From a virus (lineage: Duplodnaviria; Caudoviricetes), in the IMG/VR virus record IMGVR_UViG_3300012953_000118, positions 1-31,667 of that record: a DNA stretch of 31,667 nt. The stretch is one strand, 5' to 3'. This document shows, one piece after another, positions 1 to 8,973 of this stretch. Within the stretch, counting starts at the first letter, position 1. Every line of letters starts with the position of its first letter. Made by a program: the position numbers and the translations under genes. A model generated the notes under the pieces. That model was not told the DNA's origin and did not search any database. It saw nothing but the letters and a program-made list of their open reading frames with translations.

Positions 1-208
1 GTTGATTTTGCACAGGTTCATTTACTACAGGTTGTCCAGTTTCTGCTGGAGCTGTTTCAACGTTTCCTTCATTTCCACTAGTAAAAGCACTCGAAACATT
101 ATCAGAGCCTTCAGATATATCGCCTCCAAAAATAGCTTCTTCTAAAGAAGCATATTCTGGGCTTGTATTTTCCTGAGGGGTATCTGCTTGTATATTATCT
201 TGTGTCAT
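1..208 (-). CDS. Partial gene running off the window; acidic N-terminus, probable capsid scaffolding protein
   Basis: Read by hand: ATG at 208 overlaps the portal stop (TAATG), RBS AAGGAG upstream, MTQDNIQADTPQENTSPEYASLEEAIFGGD... open to base 1. Acidic, low-complexity sequence directly after a portal gene is typical of scaffolds (inference). Confidence 0.6.
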   Translation of the reverse strand, partial: MTQDNIQADTPQENTSPEYASLEEAIFGGDISEGSDNVSSAFTSGNEGNVETAPAETGQPVVNEPVQNQ

Positions 209-2433
209 TATTTCTTTCTCCTTTTAGCTGCCTCTTGGCTACCAGTAGAGGGTAAGCTTAATTGTTTTGCAGAATCTCTTATCTGCGTTTTTATAGTAGC
301 TAAATTGTCGTCAAGACGTTTTTCAAAGATATTTCCAGCAGCTTGAGCTTTTGAGCTAACCTGATTTAAATCACCTTTAAATTTCTCAACTTCAACTTTT
401 TTCCTAAGATTGACAGCTTCTCTATCTCTAGTTTGCATGTCTCCTTTAAGTCTTTTGTTCTCTTCTTGAGTTTGTTTTAAAGCATTTTGAAGCTTAGCAA
501 TCATATCAGTACGCTCCATTACGCCTTCCATATCAAAAATTTCTGTTTTCTTGAGAACTTCCTGCCTGTCAATAATTCCTTTTGAATATGCATCCATATA
601 AAACTCTAATTCAGCATATCTGCTAGAAGGTAAAGTAGAACCACTTACAACAATTATATCATATTTGCCAAGTGTTATATCGTTCATAATTTCTATTTCA
701 CCTGTTTTATCATCGACTAATTTTTTATTAATAACATATTCGCTTATAGAGTTGTTTGGTTGAACTACTCTAAATATTTTTTTAGTAGTATAAAGCTGTT
801 GTTGTAAAGGTATAGCAACTTGACCTACTCTTGTTAACCCGCCTTCTATATCAGCTAATTTTGATTTCATTTTTCTTTGCCCAAATTCATCTAAAGCAAT
901 AGTAGCTTTGTATGTTTGAGGAGCTGCAGCTGAATTACCTTGCATCATTTCATACAACCCTAAAGCATGGTCAATATCATTCTTAGCAGTTATTTCGTTT
1001 TGATATAACTCATTAGGAAGAGGAGTAGGTTGAACTGGCATAGGAGCCCCATCTGTTGGGTCATACGATATTGCTACACCTGGTTGTGACCATTTTTCTT
1101 CAAAGTCTTTCATGTCGACACTCCCTTCGGGTACTAATATCTTAGTATTAGTACTTGTCGTAGCATGAGCTATTATCAAAGAACGTGTTTTATTTATATA
1201 TTCTTGCAAAGGTTTAACAACTCTAACATCGCTCATAGGATAAGGAGTTCTTGTATGTATATTAAAAATAGGAATAACAGGATAATGTTCTAATGGCAAT
1301 ATTCTTGAGTAAAGCTTAGTATCACCCATTATAACACATTGTTTAATTTTTTTACAAGTAACCTTTACTATTTCTATTTGACCTTGTTTTATTAAGCTTT
1401 CAAAAGTCAATGTATCTACTTCTATTTCATCTATTTCTTTTTCAGATAATTGTTTAGCTTCTTCATCTGAATATCCTGCATATATATATTCTTCCATTTT
1501 TGCAGCAATAATTTGCTGTCTTCTCATGGATAATTGTTCATATAGTTTATTTGCATTTTTTTCATCTGTTATTATTTGACCTTGAATCATCCAAGCAGGT
1601 CTACTAGCATATTGTTTGTACTCATCTTCGCTTAGTAATTCTTCTTTTCTAGAAAATTTTTCAAATGTTCTGTATTCAGTAACATCAACTTTATAATATC
1701 TTTCGTAACCACGAATGTAATTTTGATTGTCAAGTCTTCCTACATCTTCTGGGAATTGAACCTCTCCATCATCTTCTCTTCCTGTTTCAGGAGCATTCCA
1801 ATCTACTCTACTTCCAGAGTTATCTGCTGCATTATCAATAGCTTTAGAATATAAAGGCCAAAGCTTTTTAGCTTGTTCCTTTGTAAATAATTTTGATATA
1901 ATTATATTTTCTGCGTCATCACAAAATCTATGTCTACTATTAGGGTCAATGTAAACATCTAATGGGTCTACATCATGAAAACAAACTTCACCTTTGCCCA
2001 TATCCATCATAGGGTCTTGATATACGTGTATAAAACCAACTCCCATTACATAATAATCATCAACTACTTGTCTAATAACGCTTCTTCCATCTGATATATC
2101 ATACATATAAGCAAGTAAAGCACTCATAACTTGTGCTACTTTATTATCAGAATCTTCTCTTGGAGCAGCTCTAAATGAAGGTCTATTAGCAGTTAACATT
2201 GCTTTAGCTGATTCTACTGCTGGGTGTATTCTATTAATAACAATAGGAGCTTGACCTCTAGCTTCTAATGTTTCTCTTTGACTTCTAGACCACTGTTTGC
2301 CTAATCTAAACTCTTTGTCTTCCTTGGCTTGCTGTGCCCAAACGTCTCTTTTGCTAGAATATTTGTCGAACAAATCTAGTGTTTCGTCAACTATGTTATC
2401 TTTAGATTTACCTTCTTTTTTAGAATATGCCAT
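208..2433 (-). CDS. Phage portal protein, P22/podovirus-like
   Basis: 741 aa, directly downstream of TerL; N-terminal pattern GKQW...LEARGQAPIVINRIHPAVE...PREDSDNKVA, DPLDVYIDP and a C-terminal coiled coil resemble P22-type portals. Confidence 0.85.
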   Translation of the reverse strand: MAYSKKEGKSKDNIVDETLDLFDKYSSKRDVWAQQAKEDKEFRLGKQWSRSQRETLEARGQAPIVINRIHPAVESAKAMLTANRPSFRAAPREDSDNKVAQVMSALLAYMYDISDGRSVIRQVVDDYYVMGVGFIHVYQDPMMDMGKGEVCFHDVDPLDVYIDPNSRHRFCDDAENIIISKLFTKEQAKKLWPLYSKAIDNAADNSGSRVDWNAPETGREDDGEVQFPEDVGRLDNQNYIRGYERYYKVDVTEYRTFEKFSRKEELLSEDEYKQYASRPAWMIQGQIITDEKNANKLYEQLSMRRQQIIAAKMEEYIYAGYSDEEAKQLSEKEIDEIEVDTLTFESLIKQGQIEIVKVTCKKIKQCVIMGDTKLYSRILPLEHYPVIPIFNIHTRTPYPMSDVRVVKPLQEYINKTRSLIIAHATTSTNTKILVPEGSVDMKDFEEKWSQPGVAISYDPTDGAPMPVQPTPLPNELYQNEITAKNDIDHALGLYEMMQGNSAAAPQTYKATIALDEFGQRKMKSKLADIEGGLTRVGQVAIPLQQQLYTTKKIFRVVQPNNSISEYVINKKLVDDKTGEIEIMNDITLGKYDIIVVSGSTLPSSRYAELEFYMDAYSKGIIDRQEVLKKTEIFDMEGVMERTDMIAKLQNALKQTQEENKRLKGDMQTRDREAVNLRKKVEVEKFKGDLNQVSSKAQAAGNIFEKRLDDNLATIKTQIRDSAKQLSLPSTGSQEAAKRRKK

Positions 2434-2448
2434 ATGCCTAATTTACCA

Positions 2449-3948
2449 CTACATTGTCATCCAATCAAGAGATTTCTTATTATTTCTCCAGTCTTCATCA
2501 GATAATTTTTCAAAGCTACTTCTTCTGCAAGGTTTTGCACCATCTAATGCTGTCCATATCGCATCCATAATATCATCGTGTTTTCCTTTAGGATATGACA
2601 AAAACTCTTGCTGAGCTTTAATATCTTCTGGTCTGAAATAAAAAGTACCCTTTGCAAACAATGGTACAAGTGATAGTAACCTTTCTGATTTACTATTTCT
2701 AGGTTTTACACCAGACTCAAGGCCTGGTATATATAAGTTTTCTTCTCTCATCAACTCTCTAACAGCAGTTCTTAAAGCTTCTTGATAACCAACAGTTTCC
2801 ACCTTTATTCTTCTTGGTTTAAACTTTTTATAAGTATCTATTATTATCTGAGGCTGTTGTGCTGGAGATATTCTATTTCTATATATATCTACTATATACT
2901 TATTATTATCTGAATCAATTGCCACAGTAGTGATAACAAAATAGTCAGCCCTAGCAGACAAAGAGCTTGCAGGGTCAACCCCAGTATATAATTCCACAGG
3001 TTTGATTTCTTCATTCTCTAATCCTTTATTTTTAACTAAACAATTTTGACCTTGTATTCTTTCATAATCATAATGATGCATTTTAATCCAATCTGGTTGA
3101 AACGGTGCATCTTCAGGAGATTGGGCTATATTCATGTATTCTTGATAGAATCCATTAATATTCCCTACGGATGAAAATTCATCCTTTATGGCCAATATCC
3201 TGTCTCGTGGAAATCTTTCTGGCCAAATACTCTTTTCGTCATCATCCCAAATAGAAAACCATAATACATTCCAAGCACTTGACTCTTTTGCCCAACATAA
3301 AAAACAATCTTCTGATATTACAGTGCCAATCATGGCAATTCTCCCTTCATCAGACAAAGAAGGTATAACTGCTTCTGTAATCCACTTTCTATTCTTAGCT
3401 CTAGCTTCTGGGGTATATGCATTTAACTCTGATTCAAAGTCATCTACTATAATTAGATTAGGTCTTGTATCACCTTCAATAAAACCCCTAACTCTTTGTC
3501 CTGTACCAACAGCTATCATACGAGTACCATTGGCAAGCACTATATCTGTATGAGTCCATCTTTTAGCTGTATTAGGTCCCATATCTCCAAATATTTGTTT
3601 AAATCTATCACTATGTGTCAAATGATATTTAATACGTGACAGAAAGTTTATAGACTGAGCTTGTGACTCAGATACTATAACTATAAATAATTCATCTGTT
3701 GTTGATTTAAATGCTGCTTTCCATAAAGGGAATATAAGAGTAGTAACTGTAGATTTAGCAGTACCCCTTGGTGCAGCTATAAGAACCCTGCGTTTATCAT
3801 CATTTGATAAATCTGCATACACTTCATTGTGAAATGGAGGTGTAGTCTTTTTAAGTGCAGTAGGAAAGCAGTGCTTTCCAAACAAAGCCATATTGTTACG
3901 TAATTTTTTAAGAGCTTGTAATTGCTCATATTTATCCTCGTAATCCAT
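2449..3948 (-). CDS. terL: Terminase large subunit
   Basis: Walker A-like APRGTAKST, Walker B LIIVDDFE, coupling motif IGT, nuclease motifs GVDPA and HDDIMDA. Confidence 0.95.
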   Translation of the reverse strand: MDYEDKYEQLQALKKLRNNMALFGKHCFPTALKKTTPPFHNEVYADLSNDDKRRVLIAAPRGTAKSTVTTLIFPLWKAAFKSTTDELFIVIVSESQAQSINFLSRIKYHLTHSDRFKQIFGDMGPNTAKRWTHTDIVLANGTRMIAVGTGQRVRGFIEGDTRPNLIIVDDFESELNAYTPEARAKNRKWITEAVIPSLSDEGRIAMIGTVISEDCFLCWAKESSAWNVLWFSIWDDDEKSIWPERFPRDRILAIKDEFSSVGNINGFYQEYMNIAQSPEDAPFQPDWIKMHHYDYERIQGQNCLVKNKGLENEEIKPVELYTGVDPASSLSARADYFVITTVAIDSDNNKYIVDIYRNRISPAQQPQIIIDTYKKFKPRRIKVETVGYQEALRTAVRELMREENLYIPGLESGVKPRNSKSERLLSLVPLFAKGTFYFRPEDIKAQQEFLSYPKGKHDDIMDAIWTALDGAKPCRRSSFEKLSDEDWRNNKKSLDWMTM

Positions 3949-4245
3949 TTATTTTTTGCTTAAGACTTTAGCTCTTTCTTTTCCACAATTACAATTCCAC
4001 TTTCTTAAAGCTTTATTAATTCTGCTATTTGGGTCGTTTGCTGTTTTAGCTCCTGTTAATCTACGTTTCATACCGCACATCCTAGCGCAAAAGCTTTTTC
4101 TTCTAGATTTAGCTTTGCCCTTAGGGTTTTTTTGAGTAACAGGAGCTTTAAGTGTACCGCCTTTATAAGAAGCTCTGCCTTTAGCATTTAATCCTCCACT
4201 AGGGTTTTTGCCTTCTTTTCTTTGCCATGCTGGTGATTTTGCCAT
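3949..4245 (-). CDS. Small, very basic conserved phage protein (resembles the DUF6321-like family as I recall it)
   Basis: MAKSPAWQRKEGKNPSGGLNAKGRASY...RRKSFCARM...DPNSRINKALRKWNC, a pattern recognised from aquatic phage genomes; K/R-rich. Confidence 0.7.
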   Translation of the reverse strand: MAKSPAWQRKEGKNPSGGLNAKGRASYKGGTLKAPVTQKNPKGKAKSRRKSFCARMCGMKRRLTGAKTANDPNSRINKALRKWNCNCGKERAKVLSKK

Positions 4246-4370
4246 TATTTTTTCCTTATAGTCTTTACTTTGCCATTATGAGTTCTAGCGTATTTGTGAG
4301 TTTTAGTTTCTCTTATTAAAGTACCACTATATGTTTTACCACCCCATTTCCAGCTTACTCTTCTAGCCAT
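4245..4370 (-). CDS. 41-aa basic protein (not in ORF track)
   Basis: Read by hand: MARRVSWKWGGKTYSGTLIRETKTHKYARTHNGKVKTIRKK*; its stop overlaps the next ATG (TAATG coupling). Confidence 0.7.
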   Translation of the reverse strand: MARRVSWKWGGKTYSGTLIRETKTHKYARTHNGKVKTIRKK

Positions 4371-4494
4371 AATAACTCACATTCATTGTAGTTTTCTTTT
4401 TCTTATTCTTCTTATTCTTTTTAGCTTTAGCTTTTTTAGCTGCAGCTTTACCTTTTGCTGTATAAGCATACTTTTGTCCGTCTACTTTTGGCAT
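4363..4494 (-). CDS. 43-aa Lys/Ala-rich basic protein (not in ORF track)
   Basis: Read by hand: RBS AAGGAG, then MPKVDGQKYAYTAKGKAAAKKAKAKKNKKNKKKKTTMNVSYYG*; overlaps the next gene start by 8 nt. Confidence 0.75.
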   Translation of the reverse strand: MPKVDGQKYAYTAKGKAAAKKAKAKKNKKNKKKKTTMNVSYYG

Positions 4495-4504
4495 AATTAT
4501 CTCC

Positions 4505-4690
4505 TTATCCTAAGTTATCGTCTTTCATTAATGATTCTTCTATAGCAGGTACTCTTACTGGTTCATTCATTAATTTTTTTCTTGAAGGAACCCGACCTGG
4601 TCTATAATTAGAATTTTTAGTTTTATATTTTCTATCTTGTCCTTTTTCGATTTGCTCTCTTATATACTGTTTTGGGGTTTTCATTTTCAT
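4505..4690 (-). CDS. Hypothetical 61-aa basic protein
   Basis: ORF fits the tight minus-strand gene packing; GAGG-like RBS lies in the end of the upstream gene. Confidence 0.6.
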   Translation of the reverse strand: MKMKTPKQYIREQIEKGQDRKYKTKNSNYRPGRVPSRKKLMNEPVRVPAIEESLMKDDNLG

Positions 4691-4699
4691 TAGCTTTTC

Positions 4700-5449
4700 T
4701 CACTCTTCCTCTTTAGTTGTAGTTCTAGTTGCAATAAGCTTATCTTCTTGTTCTCTAAGCTCATCTATTAATTTTACATTACTTGTAGCTTCTAAAGATT
4801 CTACTGTTTTAACAAGATGTTTTTCTTTCATTCCATGCATATCCTGCAAATTGTCAACAGCTCTCATTAGGTTTGTAACATCACCTTTATCTTTAGCTTT
4901 TTTAATAGTTTCTTCTAAAAGCTCTAATGTATAAGCTTCTGTAAGGCCGTGCTCTTGAAGTAACTTTTGTAATTCATCTCTTACCATATCTTTGAATTTC
5001 TCCTTCTTCATTCTTCTCTTCCACATGATTTTAGTACTATCACTAGGATTATCTAGAACGTGATTAATTGTTTTGTCATAATCCATGGTTTGTGCATACA
5101 CCATGGCTAAATTCTTCATTTTTTGACCACCTGACAAAACCTCCCAATGAGTTTTACCAGATATTGTATTATTGGCTCTCCTACCAGAAGCATTAAGCTT
5201 AACGGAGCTATAACGAGGATTATAAAAAGTATAACCATAGGGAAGACGAATATAAATGCTAGTGGGCTTATATACGGACTTGCTGATGACCTTAGCCACG
5301 TATTCATCATCGGATAAGGCGTAATCTCCTTCGTTAGCTTTTCTCCACTCTTTGTATTCAATTTCTTTGTCATCTGCCTCTGTTTTGTTGTAAATCTTAT
5401 ATGACGTAGGTTTTTTATCACCTTTATGGTGTATATCAATAGTGTACAT
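4700..5449 (-). CDS. Probable terminase small subunit
   Basis: 249 aa upstream of TerL; C-terminal helical pattern (GLTEAYTLELLEETIKKAKDKGDVTNLMRAVDNLQDMHGM) resembles TerS oligomerisation helices. Based on position plus weak resemblance. Confidence 0.5.
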   Translation of the reverse strand: MYTIDIHHKGDKKPTSYKIYNKTEADDKEIEYKEWRKANEGDYALSDDEYVAKVISKSVYKPTSIYIRLPYGYTFYNPRYSSVKLNASGRRANNTISGKTHWEVLSGGQKMKNLAMVYAQTMDYDKTINHVLDNPSDSTKIMWKRRMKKEKFKDMVRDELQKLLQEHGLTEAYTLELLEETIKKAKDKGDVTNLMRAVDNLQDMHGMKEKHLVKTVESLEATSNVKLIDELREQEDKLIATRTTTKEEE

Positions 5450-6010
5450 TTATTTAGGAAAAGCTCTATTTAATTTGTCATTTCCTGCATATACATCGTC
5501 TATAGGTTGTATAAATTTATTATAGTCTTCCATATCTCTGTCAAAAGATGCAGTTCTATCTTCGTATTGAGATTCAGGTCCTTTCCAGTGACTTGTAGCC
5601 CAAAAATTTGTTAAATTGCTTAAATTCTCTGGTGTCATATATACATTAGGTGTCATTCTTTTATCTGCTAAAAACAACATCTTTTGTTGTTCTGGGTTTA
5701 ATCTAGAGGCATCAAACCCTATTTCTGGATTATTCATTCCTTCTTGATTTAACCAATCTGGTACATTATTTCCAAAAAACCCTGCCAACCTATTTCTTGC
5801 AGTCATACCTCCAGCTTGACCATAAACACCTTCATCGTCCTTAAATGTTCTTTCATACTGGAATAAACCAGCTCCTGGACCACCACCTTCTTGGTATACA
5901 TTTTTTCCTTTTGACTCGTGATAAGCTATTCTGTCCATAGAATTTTCTAGTAACTCAGGAGATGAGCCATAATAACTAGAAACACTATTTAATAGTTCTT
6001 CGTATGTCAT
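5450..6010 (-). CDS. Lysozyme-like / lytic transglycosylase-fold protein
   Basis: IAYHES (catalytic Glu-Ser) followed by GPGAGLFQYE matches the lysozyme-superfamily ES...GLxQ signature. Confidence 0.7.
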   Translation of the reverse strand: MTYEELLNSVSSYYGSSPELLENSMDRIAYHESKGKNVYQEGGGPGAGLFQYERTFKDDEGVYGQAGGMTARNRLAGFFGNNVPDWLNQEGMNNPEIGFDASRLNPEQQKMLFLADKRMTPNVYMTPENLSNLTNFWATSHWKGPESQYEDRTASFDRDMEDYNKFIQPIDDVYAGNDKLNRAFPK

Positions 6011-6567
6011 TAATACTCTAATCCTCTTTGGGCTGTCTTCATCATAGGTATTTGATAAGCATTTGGCTTAGTATTGCCAAAGCCACCAAATCTATTCATC
6101 ATAGCATATTGTAGCATGGTATTAACAGGGTCATCTTTTTCATAAGGAAGGTCGTGTTCTTCGCTTAATTCATCAAGAAGGCTTAATTTTTTCTTTCCAG
6201 AATCATAATATTTTCCTGAACTTTTAGTAACATCTTTGCCTTTACTTATATCTTCTACTATATCTGTAACATTAAGTTTGCCTTCCCATGCTTCCTTTTG
6301 ATTGGTAATACTACTATCTACAGTTTCTTCAGTTTCAACATTATTGTCAAAGTTAATCGCGTCTTTATTAAAGAAATTAGCGTCAAACTCTGTAGGACCT
6401 ACATATCCTTTAGTATCACCAGTTATAACACCTTTATTTTTGCTATCTCTAGCCATATACCTCTTGTACATGTCCATAGCTTCTGGATGTTGGCTATTTA
6501 TTGCCATTGCTAGTAAATTTTTTATTCCACCAAAGACTTTCGGAAAAAACTTTTGATTATCCTCCAT
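6010..6567 (-). CDS. Hypothetical protein, first gene of the leftward operon
   Basis: 185 aa ORF, RBS GGAG upstream, stop coupled to the next start. Confidence 0.7.
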   Translation of the reverse strand: MEDNQKFFPKVFGGIKNLLAMAINSQHPEAMDMYKRYMARDSKNKGVITGDTKGYVGPTEFDANFFNKDAINFDNNVETEETVDSSITNQKEAWEGKLNVTDIVEDISKGKDVTKSSGKYYDSGKKKLSLLDELSEEHDLPYEKDDPVNTMLQYAMMNRFGGFGNTKPNAYQIPMMKTAQRGLEY

Positions 6568-6600
6568 TAAAACTCCAATTCTTTTAAATATTTGCGATTA

Positions 6601-6640
6601 TACAGCTATAATTTAACTATAACAAACACATACTTCCAAA
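6601..6640 (-). promoter_or_regulatory. Candidate promoter for the packaging/head operon
   Basis: Minus strand TTGGAA-18nt-TAAATTATAG; the decamer TAAATTATAG (6606-6615) and AGTATGTG (6627-6634) both recur upstream of the ejection-protein operon (31099-31116). Confidence 0.4.
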
Positions 6641-6652
6641 TAGTTTCTTAAA

Positions 6653-6782
6653 TAGTACCTCTAACTACCCAACGCCTCCGTATAGATAGCTTGTAGCTAT
6701 GTATTCTTTGTCTAAAAAGAAGACTACCGCAGTAATACCCATAGAGGTTACCTCTAAGTAGTACCTCTATATATATACCTCT
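6653..6782. repeat. Cluster of TACCTCT heptamer repeats with an embedded palindrome
   Basis: TACCTCT at 6656, 6749, 6762 and 6776; TAGTACCTCTA identical at 6653 and 6759; palindrome TAGAGGT-T-ACCTCTA at 6742-6756. Confidence 0.75.
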
Positions 6783-6974
6783 GGTAGAAAATAACCCAAA
6801 AAATATATTTTCCAAGCTTTTTTTTATTTTTATTTAGAATCCGTCGAGAAATAGCGATTTAGGTTGAATTTTTGAAAAATTATAAAAATTTTGGGTGTGC
6901 GTGATATACAAAGAACCTACCCCGTCGAAAATTAGGTGCCTACCACTCGTAACTTGTTGAATTTTCCACGGAGA

Positions 6975-7016
6975 TAAAACATCGCTCACTTTTACAGCAT
7001 TATTCGCGATGTTTTA
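6975..7016. repeat. Perfect 11-bp inverted repeat upstream of the first rightward gene
   Basis: TAAAACATCGC (6975-6985) / GCGATGTTTTA (7006-7016), 20-nt spacer. Confidence 0.8.
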
Positions 7017-7062
7017 CGACTGTTATTTTTGTTAATAAAATGTTAATTAAAAGGAAACAAAA

Positions 7063-7437
7063 ATGATTAAGAAATTAATTGAATTATTTAAAACTGTTGG
7101 CTTAACAGATACCTTAAGCACCTATGTAACACCTATTCCAATGCGTGAACCCGATGTTAACGGAGTCCGAGGAAAGTTGTTATTAGATGATGACGGCAAA
7201 CCACAAGTCGGTGCTTTTATCATCAATTGGCGTTATGCTTCTCTTCTGAACTTTGAAGATGTTGTAGCTTGTTTAAGTGACACGCAACTATACGCCTCTA
7301 ATCCGAAAGATACGTCTCAAGCTCGCTTATTACACGCCAAAGAGGAATGTAAATTTGAGTTTAAGCCAAGTATCTATTTGAATAAATCTATATTTACTGA
7401 CGATGTAGAAGATTTATTAGGTCAGTTTGATAAGTAA
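7063..7437 (+). CDS. Hypothetical early protein
   Basis: 124 aa, RBS AAAGGA upstream; first gene of the rightward block. Confidence 0.75.
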   Translation: MIKKLIELFKTVGLTDTLSTYVTPIPMREPDVNGVRGKLLLDDDGKPQVGAFIINWRYASLLNFEDVVACLSDTQLYASNPKDTSQARLLHAKEECKFEFKPSIYLNKSIFTDDVEDLLGQFDK

Positions 7438-7451
7438 ACTCAAATCTTGAG

Positions 7452-7493
7452 AAGAGTGGTTATATGCTATTATGTATGTAACCACTCTTTTTA
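7452..7493 (+). terminator. Intrinsic terminator-like hairpin
   Basis: AAGAGTGGTTATATGC / GTATGTAACCACTCTT stem (G-U wobbles only), running into a T tract right after the 7437 stop. Confidence 0.6.
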
Positions 7494-7587
7494 TATTAAG
7501 TAATACATACAGCAGTTTTGTATGTGTTAAAATATTTAGGCTTATATCAACATAATAATGCAAATGCAAACAAAATGGAGATATATA

Positions 7588-7737
7588 ATGAAAACCTTGA
7601 AAGTATCAAAGGTTATTAGCTATGGTAGTTTAAATACTACAGCTCAAGTGATAGTCTGTAACAAGACTAAGCACTTGCGTTTAGCTAATGGCAAATGGTA
7701 TTGTCGTAAAGGCAATCTTTATATTCTACCTTCGTAG
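7588..7737 (+). CDS. 49-aa hypothetical protein (not in ORF track)
   Basis: RBS GGAGA, then MKTLKVSKVISYGSLNTTAQVIVCNKTKHLRLANGKWYCRKGNLYILPS, tandem TAG TAG stops. Confidence 0.65.
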   Translation: MKTLKVSKVISYGSLNTTAQVIVCNKTKHLRLANGKWYCRKGNLYILPS

Positions 7738-7833
7738 TAGGATATAAGCCACGGGGTTACCATACACCTTGTTACCCAAGTATGGTAAAATTTTAATATA
7801 TTTATAAACAAAAACGAAAGGTAGGGTAATTAA

Positions 7834-8283
7834 ATGGATGAAATAAGTAATGGTAAATATATGCTATTTAATAAACATAATGGAAGTAAAGGTTATTTTA
7901 AATTAAGACAAAACATAGATTTGTTTGAATTTGAAATAGACGGAACTAATATACATTTATTAAATAAAGATAATTCTTTTGGTCAACGTAAAATTAGAAC
8001 TGAAAATATTCATAATCTATTAACTTATGATATAGATACTATTAGAAGAAGATATATCGTAGATTTTATAGTTAATTGTGTAGATTGTAGTAGTTTTGAA
8101 GATAATGGATATAGAAAATTAACAAAAGATAGATTATATCAAGTTATTTTATGTGATATAGTAAATGGATATTATCCTCATACAACTGTAAAAATATCTG
8201 ATTCTTCTGTAGAATTAATAAAAAATGAGTATGAAAATGAAAACTTATTAGAAAAACTAACTAAATCAATGATTAAACGATAA
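7834..8283 (+). CDS. Hypothetical protein
   Basis: 149 aa ORF, very AT-rich, purine-rich RBS-like sequence upstream. Confidence 0.7.
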   Translation: MDEISNGKYMLFNKHNGSKGYFKLRQNIDLFEFEIDGTNIHLLNKDNSFGQRKIRTENIHNLLTYDIDTIRRRYIVDFIVNCVDCSSFEDNGYRKLTKDRLYQVILCDIVNGYYPHTTVKISDSSVELIKNEYENENLLEKLTKSMIKR

Positions 8284-8572
8284 CAATGAGAAAGTGAGGT
8301 TTCAGCTGTAAAAATAACTATAATATACTAGGGGGATAAGGCAATAGTCTGATTCCCCCAAAGAATTAATAAACTTGCTTACATACCACGGCAGAAGAGA
8401 GATAGGTCTAGACGCTCATTATGCAAGTATGTTTATATATAAACTGAGGGTTCTATTAATTATAGAATGGTGGGAGATAATGATTGTATTCTAGGTACTA
8501 AATTATCAAGGAAAAGCTATACAAAAAGCTAAGTGTAAGTTTATATATTAAATAATAAATAAAGGAGATTAA

Positions 8573-8686
8573 ATGGCAACTATAGGCGAAGTTATTAAAC
8601 AATGGATGAGTGAATGGAAACACTGTAAAAAGTGCGAATATCACTACATTAAAGAATGTAATTGTAAAAACAAGGAGACAAAATGA
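8573..8686 (+). CDS. 37-aa Cys-rich (CxxC...CxC) miniprotein (not in ORF track)
   Basis: RBS AAAGGAG, MATIGEVIKQWMSEWKHCKKCEYHYIKECNCKNKETK*, ATGA overlap with the next gene. Confidence 0.7.
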   Translation: MATIGEVIKQWMSEWKHCKKCEYHYIKECNCKNKETK

Positions 8687-8973
8687 TAATAGAAATGTTT
8701 TATGGAGTATTAATGATAATGATAGAGTTTAGTGGTGATGATGTTCATTACCATAATATTAAATTAAATGAATTAGCATCTGTTAATTTTAGTCAAAGCA
8801 GACTAGTATTTACTTATAAAGAAAGCGGGAAACAAGAGGTAATAGATGTGTTTTCTGACCAAGATTATTTAGCATTTGCTAATTGGTGGAAAAATAATAA
8901 ATACCAAGTTATAGAATATATGACTACAACAGATACCAGGTATATAGAAAGTAAAACTAGAGAATTAAACTAG
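8683..8973 (+). CDS. Hypothetical protein
   Basis: 96 aa, RBS AAGGAG, coupled to the upstream miniprotein. Confidence 0.7.
   Translation: MIIEMFYGVLMIMIEFSGDDVHYHNIKLNELASVNFSQSRLVFTYKESGKQEVIDVFSDQDYLAFANWWKNNKYQVIEYMTTTDTRYIESKTRELN

Noticed and set aside
2297-6556. Plus-strand ORFs 2297-2614, 3188-3553, 6298-6513, 6302-6556 and alternate-frame 5116-5439
   Set aside because: Antisense or out-of-frame shadows of well-supported genes, with no RBS and no motifs.
6653-6965. CRISPR or mini-array
   Set aside because: The repeats are only 7-14 nt and irregularly spaced, with no repeat-spacer periodicity.
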